A stretch of 64,000 nucleotides of DNA, taken from positions 544,001-608,000 of the forward strand of contig JAKFBS010000004.1 of the NCBI GenBank assembly GCA_036677065.1. The letters run 5' to 3'. The stretch is from Bdellovibrio sp. (GTDB lineage Bacteria; Bdellovibrionota; Bdellovibrionia; Bdellovibrionales; Bdellovibrionaceae). The translations under genes and the position numbers were made by a program. The notes below the pieces were generated by a model. It searched no databases. It was not told where the DNA came from and was given only the letters and a program-made list of their open reading frames with translations. Positions 29,351 through 38,405 of this stretch are shown piece by piece; position 1 is the first letter of the stretch, and the number at the start of each line of letters is the position of its first letter.

Positions 29351-29500
29351 ATGATTCGCAAATTAAAATCCGGCGGTTACCGAATATATTCGAGAAAGAA
29401 AAATCCCAAAACTGGTAAACGCAGAAATTTGGGGACATTTAAATCTTTAACCGAGGCAAAAAAGCACGAACGTGAAATTCAGTACTTTAAGCATCATTAA
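29351..29500 (+). CDS. Small basic protein (49 aa), not in the ORF track
   Basis: MIRKLKSGGYRIYSRKKNPKTGKRRNLGTFKSLTEAKKHEREIQYFKHH; fills the gap before the monooxygenase gene. Confidence 0.75.
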   Translation: MIRKLKSGGYRIYSRKKNPKTGKRRNLGTFKSLTEAKKHEREIQYFKHH

Positions 29501-29509
29501 GGATTTTCA

Positions 29510-30892
29510 GTGACTCATATTCCTGTGTTGATTGCCGGTGCTGGGCCTACGGGTTTAGTGTTAGCCCTGTGGTTAACTAAAATCGGCGTAAAAGTAAGGA
29601 TTATTGATAAAGCTTCAGAGAAAGAAACCACGTCGCGTGCGTTGGTCATCCACGCGCGTACGTTAGAGTTTTATCGTCAGTTACAAATAGTTGATGATAT
29701 TATCGAAGCCGGTTTTAGGTTTCCTGCACTCAATTTATGGGTAAACCATATTCAGCGCGCAAAAATTAAAATTTCAGATATAGGTAGTGGCAGCACGCCA
29801 TATCCGTACATTATAATTTTACCGCAAGACCAACACGAAGAAATCCTGATCGAAAAATTAAAAGTACTTGGCGTAAATATCGAAAGAAACGCCGAACTGA
29901 TAAATTTAGAACAAAACGATAAAACAGTCACTGCACAAATCAAGTTACCTAATAATGAAATTGAAACGCTTACGGCAGATTACTTAGCTGGTTGTGATGG
30001 TGCACACTCGGTCGTGCGTAAGAAATTAAATGTCAGTTTTTCAGGAAGCACTTATCCGCATTTATTTTACGTAGCCGATGTGGCAGGGCAGGGGCCTGCC
30101 CTAAATGGCGAGCTGCATGTATCATTAGATAAATCTGAGTTCATGGCGTTTTTTCCGCTCAAAGAAAAAGGGCATGCACGACTTATCGGAGTCATCCGCG
30201 AAGATCGAAAAAAAGATCCTTCTTGGGATGACGTTAACCCAAGGCTTTTAACAGAGATGGATGTGACCATCGAAAAACTAAAATGGTTTTCGACTTACCG
30301 GGTTCATCACCGGGTGGCCTCGCATTTTCAAAATGGTCGTGTTTTTATATTGGGTGATGCCAGTCACATTCATTCGCCTCTTGGCGGGCAGGGTATGAAC
30401 ACGGGCATTGGCGATGCGGTAAACCTGGCTTGGAAGCTGGGTGATGTGTTAAAGAAAAAATCAGGCCCTGAACTTTTAGCCACGTATGAAACTGAACGTA
30501 TTAGTTTTGCTAAGCAATTAGTGAAAACCACAGATCGTGCTTTTCGTTTTATTTCGAATGACGGAAAACTTGCGCGCTTTGTGCGAACCCAGTTAGTTCC
30601 GGCAATTTTGCCGCGTCTTTTTAAATTTTCACGCACCGGCCGGTTTATCTTTCGTCGCCTTTCGCAGACGGCGATTAGCTACAGCGGGCATCAAGACCGT
30701 CTACCTTGGATTGAAAGTGTTGATAATTATAAACCATTGCAATCGCTCGACTGGCAGATTCATGTCTATGGTGATCTTCAGGTAAAGACAGAATATGATG
30801 TGCATTATTTTTTATGGAATGAAGAGATGAAAAAAAAAGGTTTAGAAAAAAATCGGGTTTATCACATTCGTCCTGATGGCCATATCAGTTAG
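29510..30892 (+). CDS. FAD-dependent monooxygenase (FAD_binding_3, aromatic hydroxylase-like)
   Basis: GAGPTGL, GCDGAHS, GDASHIHSPLGGQGMNTGIGDA. Confidence 0.92.
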   Translation: MTHIPVLIAGAGPTGLVLALWLTKIGVKVRIIDKASEKETTSRALVIHARTLEFYRQLQIVDDIIEAGFRFPALNLWVNHIQRAKIKISDIGSGSTPYPYIIILPQDQHEEILIEKLKVLGVNIERNAELINLEQNDKTVTAQIKLPNNEIETLTADYLAGCDGAHSVVRKKLNVSFSGSTYPHLFYVADVAGQGPALNGELHVSLDKSEFMAFFPLKEKGHARLIGVIREDRKKDPSWDDVNPRLLTEMDVTIEKLKWFSTYRVHHRVASHFQNGRVFILGDASHIHSPLGGQGMNTGIGDAVNLAWKLGDVLKKKSGPELLATYETERISFAKQLVKTTDRAFRFISNDGKLARFVRTQLVPAILPRLFKFSRTGRFIFRRLSQTAISYSGHQDRLPWIESVDNYKPLQSLDWQIHVYGDLQVKTEYDVHYFLWNEEMKKKGLEKNRVYHIRPDGHIS

Positions 30893-30923
30893 GCAAATTT
30901 CCCCAAATGATTAGCAACTGAGA

Positions 30924-30974
30924 GACAAAGTAAACTTTGTCCACGCTTAACTTTGGACAAACTAGTGTTGTCCA
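30924..30974. promoter_or_regulatory. Array of four alternating GACAA/TTGTC half-sites (operator candidate)
   Basis: GACAAAG-TAAA-CTTTGTC (30924-30941) and TGGACAA-ACTAGTG-TTGTCCA (30954-30974). Confidence 0.55.
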
Positions 30975-31059
30975 TAAATCAATAAAAGCTGTGATTGTTT
31001 TAATTTACAAACTCGTCGCGATCAGAGAAACACGATGAAACTATATCAAAGGAGATATT

Positions 31060-31527
31060 ATGAACAAACTTATCGCAATGATCGCTTTATTAGCTGCAAC
31101 AACTGCATCTGCATACACGGCTTCAACTTCTTGGGAGACTTTAGAAAATGATCCAAGAATTCAAATCGACGCTCCAACTGTATTCATGGGTCACGCTGTT
31201 GATTACATGTTCACATGCGTTGACGGTGCTAACTTACGCACGATCAAGCCAGTTAAACAATGCGAAACTATTTACATTGGTAAAAACCAATCTAAAGAAG
31301 TTTGCAAAGGTTCAAAATACTTATCAACTCCAATCAACTACACACGCACTTCTTGGGATTGCAAATTCACTGGTGGCCGTGGTGATCACCGCGTTTGCGA
31401 AGATAAAGTGATCTCTGGAACTTACCCACTTTCTGTAATGGTTAAAGTTTCTAAAGTTATGGGTGGTAAAAACGACCGTGTAGAGTTTTTATTTAACAAG
31501 CAATTTAACGTACCAAATTGCCACTAA
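31060..31527 (+). CDS. Secreted Cys-containing beta-rich hypothetical protein
   Basis: AAGGAG RBS, signal peptide ASA|Y, six Cys. Confidence 0.75.
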   Translation: MNKLIAMIALLAATTASAYTASTSWETLENDPRIQIDAPTVFMGHAVDYMFTCVDGANLRTIKPVKQCETIYIGKNQSKEVCKGSKYLSTPINYTRTSWDCKFTGGRGDHRVCEDKVISGTYPLSVMVKVSKVMGGKNDRVEFLFNKQFNVPNCH

Positions 31528-31551
31528 TCACATAGTTTTAGCTTAATTAGT

Positions 31552-31589
31552 AAGCGCTCTAGAGTCACCCCTCCGACCTAGGGCGTTTT
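31552..31589 (+). terminator. Terminator-like hairpin with C-rich loop
   Basis: AAGCGCTCTAG...CTAGGGCGTTTT, inner GTC/GAC closing the loop ACCCCTCC. Confidence 0.55.
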
Positions 31590-31640
31590 CTCGTTGTGCC
31601 TGATGAATTGTTAAGATAATCAGAAACTTCAAAACTTAAG

Positions 31641-32441
31641 GTGAAAATGAATATTAACGTCGATACCAATTCGAACGCTACGGCTAGCTCTATCCCTGAT
31701 CAAGTATCACGGGATATTGAAGCTTATTTATTGCGTTTTAAAGATCCGAAAAAGGGTCTGAATATGTTAGCGACGAAAGCGCAAATTCACGTAAAGACAT
31801 TAAGCCGTCTGCGCGAAAAAATTCACACACCAACTTATTCTACATTATATAAACTTTATTCTTGTCTGCTAGATACGCGCATTATCAATGATCTGATCGA
31901 AAAAGCACCGCCAGTAATTCGCGAAAGAATTAAAAATGCTGATCCACAATTAAAATCTTCGCCGTTAAATCGTTATCATTTTGATTTAGAAACTGATCTG
32001 CAAAAAGATCCCTGTTTTACCGAACTTTATGTTTTGGCTGAAACACGGCCTTTCAGCACTCACTACGTTGAACAGCGATTTGGTTCGTACGGGCTTGAGA
32101 CTTTAAAACGCATGATCGATCAAAAAGTAATTCGCCCTTTAGGCAATGGTCTTTTTGGCCAGGGCGAAGTGAGCTCTAGCTTTTCTGCTGAGACGATTAA
32201 ATCGGTAGGTTTACGTTTAACAGAGCGCTTTTTAAAACCAGCCAACGCTGATTTAGATGATGCCAATTACATGTCGCTTTATTTTGAGTCGGTCAGTGCA
32301 GAGACGTACAAAGAATGGGTCATGATCGAAGAGCGCGCTTTTAAAGAGCGCATCAAATTATTAGAAAAACCAAACGCCAAAGGCAGCATTCCTGTTTTTG
32401 CATTTACTGTTATTGATACCCTATTGGAGAACGAACAATGA
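31641..32441 (+). CDS. HTH DNA-binding protein, TIGR02147/DUF4423-like architecture
   Basis: N-terminal HTH (LNMLATKAQIHVKTLSRL...PTYSTLYKL), central wHTH-like segment, C-terminal alpha/beta domain. Confidence 0.6.
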   Translation: MKMNINVDTNSNATASSIPDQVSRDIEAYLLRFKDPKKGLNMLATKAQIHVKTLSRLREKIHTPTYSTLYKLYSCLLDTRIINDLIEKAPPVIRERIKNADPQLKSSPLNRYHFDLETDLQKDPCFTELYVLAETRPFSTHYVEQRFGSYGLETLKRMIDQKVIRPLGNGLFGQGEVSSSFSAETIKSVGLRLTERFLKPANADLDDANYMSLYFESVSAETYKEWVMIEERAFKERIKLLEKPNAKGSIPVFAFTVIDTLLENEQ

Positions 32442-32575
32442 AACTTTTTATCACCTTAAGTTTAACAGCATTACTTTTAATTATCACTGCAGCTTCTGCT
32501 AACGCTGGTTCTAAAAACGGCGGTGGTTCAGCAGGTGGTGGCGGAAGAAACAACGTAGTCCCTGTTGGTCGCTAG
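32438..32575 (+). CDS. Small secreted Gly-rich peptide (45 aa), not in the ORF track
   Basis: MKLFITLSLTALLLIITAASANA|GSKNGGGSAGGGGRNNVVPVGR; GGAGA RBS; ATGA overlap with the HTH gene stop. Confidence 0.7.
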   Translation: MKLFITLSLTALLLIITAASANAGSKNGGGSAGGGGRNNVVPVGR

Positions 32576-33410
32576 TATTTCTTTTCAGTTGGTCTTTCTT
32601 ACGGCAATCACTATGGTGGCTTTCGCAGCCAACTCTGTTTTTTGCCGCTTAGCTCTTACAGATCCTAATAATAGTCCGGTCAGTTTTACTTTGGTTCGAT
32701 TAGTCGCAGGCGCTATCGCCTTGTTATTTTTATTTATTAAATATCGCAAAGAAGAACCTATCACTTTTAGTAAAAACATATTACTGGCTCCGGTGATGCT
32801 GTTTTCATATGCGTTGTTTTTTTCGCTAGCCTACGTTCGGATGAGCGCAGGCACCGGAGCTTTGATTCTATTTGCCAGTGTTCAGTTGACGATGATTATC
32901 ACAGCCTTGGTCAGAGGCCAGACGCTAAATATGAATGAATGGTTTGGCTTTAGCTTAGCAGCGGGTGGTTTGATTTATTTATTATTGCCTAGTCTTGATA
33001 TGCCGCCATTGATTTCGATGTTATCAATGACCATTGCTGGCGTTTCTTGGGGAATTTATTCTTTGCTAGGCCAGAAGTCTAAAAATCCATTTTTATCGAC
33101 GGCAAGAAACTTTTTATTGATCTTACCTGCTGCAGTTATTTATTTAGCCATCGACTCTATTCATTTAACGAACCAGGGTTTGCTTTGGGCGGTGTTATCA
33201 GGAGCCCTTACTTCGGGAATGGGTTATGTGCTTTGGTATGTGGTTTTGCGAAAGCTTGCCACAAGTACGGCTGCGGTTGTGCAATTAAGTGTACCAGCGA
33301 TAGCTGCGTTCGGCGGAGTTTTGTTTCTAGATGAAATCATTCATCTGCGATTAATCATTGCCAGTCTTCTGATTTTTTCTGGGATTACGTTAAAACTTTT
33401 CGGTAAATAA
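32565..33410 (+). CDS. DMT/EamA family transporter
   Basis: AFAANSVFCRLAL, GTGALILF, QLSVPAIAAFGG; about 10 TM. Confidence 0.9.
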   Translation: MVASISFQLVFLTAITMVAFAANSVFCRLALTDPNNSPVSFTLVRLVAGAIALLFLFIKYRKEEPITFSKNILLAPVMLFSYALFFSLAYVRMSAGTGALILFASVQLTMIITALVRGQTLNMNEWFGFSLAAGGLIYLLLPSLDMPPLISMLSMTIAGVSWGIYSLLGQKSKNPFLSTARNFLLILPAAVIYLAIDSIHLTNQGLLWAVLSGALTSGMGYVLWYVVLRKLATSTAAVVQLSVPAIAAFGGVLFLDEIIHLRLIIASLLIFSGITLKLFGK

Positions 33411-33413
33411 AGC

Positions 33414-33567
33414 CGGGCGAAACAGGCGGAGCGCGACTTCCGCAAGGTGCCGGATGGCTATTGAAAGCTTTGCTCATGAGGATTGCACCAGTTTTAGCCT
33501 CATGAACTTCCCTCGGTCTTAACCAACTTAAAAAGTTGATTGGCTTTTCCGACTGCTGTTTCGCCCG
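33414..33567 (-). ncRNA. Candidate structured RNA / miniature inverted-repeat element
   Basis: 12-bp terminal inverted repeat enclosing several internal hairpins; G-U pairs favour the minus strand. Confidence 0.45.
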
Positions 33568-33572
33568 AAAAA

Positions 33573-34487
33573 TTAATGCGGTCTTTTTTCTTTTAATGTT
33601 TGCGGCTTAGGATTATTTTTTTTATAACCGCCGGCAAAAGTATGTTTTAACGATTTAGCTAAACGGCCTTTGGGTTTACGCTTAAGTTTAGATGGAACAT
33701 CTTCAACATCACCCCAGCTTAAGGTAAAGCCTCCGTCGACAGTCACTAGTGACCCCGTCATATATGAAGACAGATCTGAAGCTACAAAAGCCATTGTGTT
33801 GGCGATCTCTTCGACGGTTCCTTTTCGTTTCATCGGAATATTTTCGGCCATTTTTCTTTCTTCGGCCTTTGTAAGCGAAGTGCGGGCAGCGTGAGTCATG
33901 GCTGTATCGATAGCCCCTGGGCAAATGACATTAACCCGAATGCCATGCTGGGCCTGTTCGACCGCCAGACCTTGCATAAAGGTGTGTACGAAACCTTTAC
34001 TGCCGCCATAGACTGTATCATCAGGTTCGCCTTTAAGCCCTGCTACAGAACCGGTGGCGACAATGCAGCCATGAGTTTTTTTTAAATACGGAAGGGCTGC
34101 GCGAGTCACATAGAAAGTGGCAAACACATTGCTTTTCATTGTGCGTTCAAAAACATCGTTACTGGTTTTGTCGGTTGAATCAATTCCTAGATTCACGCCG
34201 GCATTATTAATCAAGACGTCTAATTTTCCGAAGTCTTCGATGGTTTGTAAAATTAAGGCATCGGCTGATGCGGGATCGCCAAGATCGCCTTCAAACGTTG
34301 AAGATTTAACGCCGTATTTTTTTAGGGCTTTGGCCACATCTTTAAGTGGATCACCGGGTAAGCCCGCACACATCACATGCGCGCCATAACTGGCAAAGGC
34401 GTGTGCAGCCGCTTCGCCGATTCCGCTACCGGCTCCTGTAACAATAACTACGCGGTTAGAAAAATCTATTCCTTTAAACGATTTCAT
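33573..34487 (-). CDS. SDR family NAD(P)-dependent oxidoreductase
   Basis: TGAGSGIG, NNAG, YGGSK, VNVICPG. Confidence 0.92.
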   Translation of the reverse strand: MKSFKGIDFSNRVVIVTGAGSGIGEAAAHAFASYGAHVMCAGLPGDPLKDVAKALKKYGVKSSTFEGDLGDPASADALILQTIEDFGKLDVLINNAGVNLGIDSTDKTSNDVFERTMKSNVFATFYVTRAALPYLKKTHGCIVATGSVAGLKGEPDDTVYGGSKGFVHTFMQGLAVEQAQHGIRVNVICPGAIDTAMTHAARTSLTKAEERKMAENIPMKRKGTVEEIANTMAFVASDLSSYMTGSLVTVDGGFTLSWGDVEDVPSKLKRKPKGRLAKSLKHTFAGGYKKNNPKPQTLKEKRPH

Positions 34488-34523
34488 GTTGCGTTCTCCT
34501 TTTTTACCCCTTGAAGAAGTAAA

Positions 34524-34539
34524 AGCAGTTTATATGCCA
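34524..34539 (-). promoter_or_regulatory. Sigma54-like promoter of the SDR gene
   Basis: Minus strand TGGCATATAAACTGCT (GG-N10-GC). Confidence 0.55.
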
Positions 34540-34591
34540 GAAAAATTAAAATTTCTTGCTAAAATAGCTATATGTAAATAATATGTAAATT

Positions 34592-35695
34592 ATGAATGAA
34601 ATTAAGAAGAAATCTTTAGATCTGATTGTAAAAACAAAAGGCCGCGCGGCCAGCAGTAATGATTCGTCTAGATTCAATCAATTTCAGCGTGTTTACGATA
34701 TCACTGATGCAAATCACTTTGTTGATGACGAAGATATTCCTAGTTTAAAAACAGAATTTTTAGTTGATAACACAAAAACTATTTTAAATCGTTACAGCAG
34801 CCCTGATATGGGCGAAGGCGTAAATCTTAACCCTTACCGCGGTTGTGAGCACGGTTGTATTTATTGTTATGCAAGGCCTACGCATGAATATTTTAATTTG
34901 TCTGCGGGCTTAGATTTTGAATCAAAAATTTTTGTTAAAGAAAAAGCGCCCGGCTTATTACGCTTAGAATTAATGAAACCTAAGTGGCAACCTGAAATCA
35001 TCATGATGAGCGGCATCACGGATTGTTATCAGCCCATTGAAAGAAAATTAGAAATCACCCGCAAATGTTTACAAGTGCTGGCTGAATTTAAAAATCCGGT
35101 GGTGATCATTACAAAAAATTTTCTCGTCACTCGTGATATAGATATTTTAGCTGAAATGGCTAAAGACCGTTTGGTTTCAGTTTGTTTGTCGGTGACTTCA
35201 CTGGATGAAAAATTAGCGCGCACGATGGAGCCGCGCACTTCATCACCGCAAAAACGCCTTGAGGCGATTAGACTTTTAACTGAAGCCGGTGTTCCAGTTT
35301 CGGTGAATGTAGGGCCAATTGTGCCAGGGCTTACTGATCACGAAGTGCCGCGTATTTTAGAAGCTGCCGCCAATGCCGGGGCACGTTCGGCTAACTTTGT
35401 CGTGGTTCGGCTGCCTCACTCGGTCAAAGATTTATTTGTTGAATGGCTTGATGAAAACTTTCCCGAAAAGAAATCTAAAGTGGTCGGAGCCATTCGGGAT
35501 ATTCGTGATGGTAAATTATATGACTCAAGTTTTGAATCGCGCATGACAGGCACAGGCGCCAGGGCAGATCATATCGCCGAAATGTTTCATATTTTTCGCC
35601 GCAAGTATTTTGCTGAAAGAAAATCATTAGGTCTGCGTACGGATTTATTTCAAAGACCCAAAGTTGCGGGTGATCAGTACAGTTTTGATTTATAA
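34592..35695 (+). CDS. PA0069-family radical SAM protein (SplB-related)
   Basis: KGRAA..N...RF, NPYRGCEHGCIYCYARPTHEY, TDCYQPIER. Confidence 0.92.
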   Translation: MNEIKKKSLDLIVKTKGRAASSNDSSRFNQFQRVYDITDANHFVDDEDIPSLKTEFLVDNTKTILNRYSSPDMGEGVNLNPYRGCEHGCIYCYARPTHEYFNLSAGLDFESKIFVKEKAPGLLRLELMKPKWQPEIIMMSGITDCYQPIERKLEITRKCLQVLAEFKNPVVIITKNFLVTRDIDILAEMAKDRLVSVCLSVTSLDEKLARTMEPRTSSPQKRLEAIRLLTEAGVPVSVNVGPIVPGLTDHEVPRILEAAANAGARSANFVVVRLPHSVKDLFVEWLDENFPEKKSKVVGAIRDIRDGKLYDSSFESRMTGTGARADHIAEMFHIFRRKYFAERKSLGLRTDLFQRPKVAGDQYSFDL

Positions 35696-35702
35696 CATTT
35701 CT

Positions 35703-36788
35703 TTAATATTCTAACTGTGTAAACTCTCGGGTGCTGTTTGCCTCAGTGGGTATGACTTCAAAATAATATCTAGAAATTTCTGATCCGATGCTGGTTTCTA
35801 CGGTGATCATCCATTCGCCGGGCTGAAAATTAGCCTTGGTGGCAAAGCCACGAAAGCCTTCTTTGCGTCCGCCTTGAATGTTTAACGGCACTTTATCAGT
35901 TGTAGTCCAGTCGCCATTTTTATTTTTCATATGCCAGTGTAAAATAATTTGATCAGCGATGCGTGCCGGAGAATAAATCTGGGCGTAAAAATAAATTTTA
36001 TCACCCGGAGCGGCTTTAAACTCTTTGTCAGAGTCTTGCCAGAACTTCCAGGTTTTTTCGTAAGATAAAATAAATTTTCCGTCGCGCTTTTCTAAATTAT
36101 GGTAAACACCTTGCGCCTTAACACTTAAAGGCACTGGCGGAATCCAACCTAAAAAGTAAAATAAGCCAAACACCGCAAGAACCGCCACACACGGGGCGGT
36201 GATAGCTTTTTTTAATATGTTGGCATCGATCTGGGCGCGTTCTAGCATTTGCACTTGCGCGATTAATATTAATACAGTGCTAAGTGCTGAAAGCAGAAAC
36301 GGCGTCCAGCCGACAAACCCCAGAATGATCGGGTAGAGCACCGAGAAAAACGAAAATAAACAAATCGCAAAAAAACCTACTTTAAGGCTAACCTTCGCGG
36401 ATTTTACGAAAGAGAGTTCGTTGATTAAAATTAATGCGACCAGCAGAATTAGAAAAATAAAACTACTTAAGATTGAAGCGCTCTTAATATAAAAAAGCGA
36501 ATACACACTTAAAAGTGATCCTAATAAAAAGTGCAAAGCAAAATCACGGTAAGACCAGAGTTTTTGTAAAGAGTCTTTCGGCCGCCATTTGTGAAGACGA
36601 AACAACAATTCGTAATGAATAAGGGCTGCGATAATAAATAAATAGACTGCCTGTTGAGCGATTGAAAATAAATCATCAGGGTCTGCGATAAACAAAATAT
36701 CAAATAAGAAGCCGCCGATGAAGAAGGCGATTTCAAGTTTGGTGTCATGTTTTCTGATAAATTCTGCTGATTTTTGTTTAATATTCAT
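35703..36788 (-). CDS. Multi-TM protein with C-terminal DUF2914 domain
   Basis: FFIGGFLFD, WIPPVPLS, IQGGRKEGFRG. Confidence 0.82.
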   Translation of the reverse strand: MNIKQKSAEFIRKHDTKLEIAFFIGGFLFDILFIADPDDLFSIAQQAVYLFIIAALIHYELLFRLHKWRPKDSLQKLWSYRDFALHFLLGSLLSVYSLFYIKSASILSSFIFLILLVALILINELSFVKSAKVSLKVGFFAICLFSFFSVLYPIILGFVGWTPFLLSALSTVLILIAQVQMLERAQIDANILKKAITAPCVAVLAVFGLFYFLGWIPPVPLSVKAQGVYHNLEKRDGKFILSYEKTWKFWQDSDKEFKAAPGDKIYFYAQIYSPARIADQIILHWHMKNKNGDWTTTDKVPLNIQGGRKEGFRGFATKANFQPGEWMITVETSIGSEISRYYFEVIPTEANSTREFTQLEY

Positions 36789-36935
36789 TACCGACGAGCC
36801 TACCATAGGCACTAGCTTTGAGCTAGCAATGGATCAGAGGCTAGTTTTTGGGTTTTTTGTTTGCTCAATTAAAAATACATTTTATAAATAATATAATATT
36901 TGATATTGTTAAGTCTCATGAGACACAAAGACGAT

Positions 36936-37445
36936 ATGAACTTAGATCAATGGATTCAGTCCACCAGTGAAGACGTTTTAGCCGGATTATTGGTCGATAT
37001 GTTGTTGTCTGACGGAACAACTTACTGTGGTTATATTAATACCATGGTTAATACAGGCGATCCAGAAAGCATTTTGTTAACAAGCCGAACACCCCAAGCG
37101 GGAATTTTTGAAGGCAAAAAAATTAAAAAAACTGATATCATAGGATTTAATTTTTCGACATCGCCCCGGGCAAATTTTGGTGTGCATCATATTTATATCA
37201 CCGAAAAAGGTGCAAATTTTCAATTTCAACATGCCATTCATGATCAGCAAAAACAGGTATTCACTAACATTGAAAAATCAGTCGATGCTTTTAAAGTTGA
37301 ATGTTTGGCGTATATCAAAAGACTAAGTCTGGATATGCTGCCTAATGAAAAGCTAGTACTGACGTTAACTAAAGAGTTAACTGTTAAGTACAGCTTAGAC
37401 ATAACTAAAGTAGATCAAAAAATCAGAGATTTTCTAGGTCTGTAA
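36936..37445 (+). CDS. Hypothetical protein
   Basis: ORF fills the gap; no recognised motif; start uncertain (36900-36936). Confidence 0.5.
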   Translation: MNLDQWIQSTSEDVLAGLLVDMLLSDGTTYCGYINTMVNTGDPESILLTSRTPQAGIFEGKKIKKTDIIGFNFSTSPRANFGVHHIYITEKGANFQFQHAIHDQQKQVFTNIEKSVDAFKVECLAYIKRLSLDMLPNEKLVLTLTKELTVKYSLDITKVDQKIRDFLGL

Positions 37446-37490
37446 AAATGTCTCAGGCGGATTCCGCCCAAGACAAATCTTTATCCAAAA

Positions 37491-37970
37491 TTAATAGGTG
37501 ACTAATTTTTTCTCTGGAACTGTATCCCATTTGCCGCGGGCATCCACGAAAATAATACATTCACTACCTGCTGCACACATCGTTGCATGGGGTTGTTTTT
37601 TCTTAAACGAAAAAAATGACCCAGGCGATAAACGACGTTCTACGCCGTCAACAGTTAATACAAAGTCTCCTTTGATCACTGTGACAAAATTATCTGCAGT
37701 GTGATGATGCAGAGGTGCTGAAAAGCCAGCGTCAAATTTCATAAATGAATGATGCGCCCCTTTAGTAGAATCACCTTCAACAACAGCCATCTGTAAGCCC
37801 GGAAACTCTGCCACAGCCTGCCATTTGATGTCTTTGGCTTCCATAAAGACCGCATTCGCCGTCGACTTGGGTTGATTCATTTTGCTGGTCTCTATTTTAG
37901 CCGCATCTTTAGCTGCCGCAGTGAATGAAAACATTGTTAATAAAATTGTAATTAAAGAAATACGTTTCAT
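37491..37970 (-). CDS. Secreted cupin (DUF4437-like)
   Basis: Signal peptide; PLHHHTAD..VTVIKG and PGSF...H cupin motifs. Confidence 0.82.
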   Translation of the reverse strand: MKRISLITILLTMFSFTAAAKDAAKIETSKMNQPKSTANAVFMEAKDIKWQAVAEFPGLQMAVVEGDSTKGAHHSFMKFDAGFSAPLHHHTADNFVTVIKGDFVLTVDGVERRLSPGSFFSFKKKQPHATMCAAGSECIIFVDARGKWDTVPEKKLVTY

Positions 37971-38103
37971 TGTTAAAATCCTTTCAAAGTTTGGTTGTAA
38001 TTAACCGACCTAAACATAGCAATATCGTGACCGCGTTGTTTGGGTCAGAAGAGTACATAGATAGAAGCCTGCTTTTTGCTAGTAGCTCAAGACGGAGGAA
38101 AGT

Positions 38104-38403
38104 ATGAAAGACAGAATTAAATTTCCAGGTTTTGTTTCATTTATTTCTAGCCCTGCAGGCCGGCTTTTGCGAATAGCCGTGGGTGTAACTTTGATTGTTA
38201 TCGGATTTAATGCCGTCACGACGGCTGGCAAGATGGTGGGGGTGTTAGGGTTATTGCCACTGATGGCGGGCGGTTTAGATGTCTGTATACTTGGGCCACT
38301 TTTGGGCGGATACTTTAGCGGCGCTAAAATGCGCAAAGCTTTGCACGAGCAAGAGGGTAAAACGCAGCTGGGCGCAAGCTCAGAATCTTTTTCACGAGCT
38401 TAG
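38104..38403 (+). CDS. YgaP/DUF2892-like small membrane protein
   Basis: GRLLRIAVG...GLLPLMAGGLDVC. Confidence 0.75.
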   Translation: MKDRIKFPGFVSFISSPAGRLLRIAVGVTLIVIGFNAVTTAGKMVGVLGLLPLMAGGLDVCILGPLLGGYFSGAKMRKALHEQEGKTQLGASSESFSRA

Positions 38404-38405
38404 CT

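Noticed and set aside
33414..33567. Hammerhead ribozyme reading of the structured element (CGAAAC and CTCATGAG present)
   Set aside because: The core would need CUGANGA; the sequence has CUCAUGA and the stem topology does not fit.
36913..36924. Palindrome GTCTCATGAGAC
   Set aside because: 12-bp palindrome with only partial echoes elsewhere; not enough to assign a function from this window.
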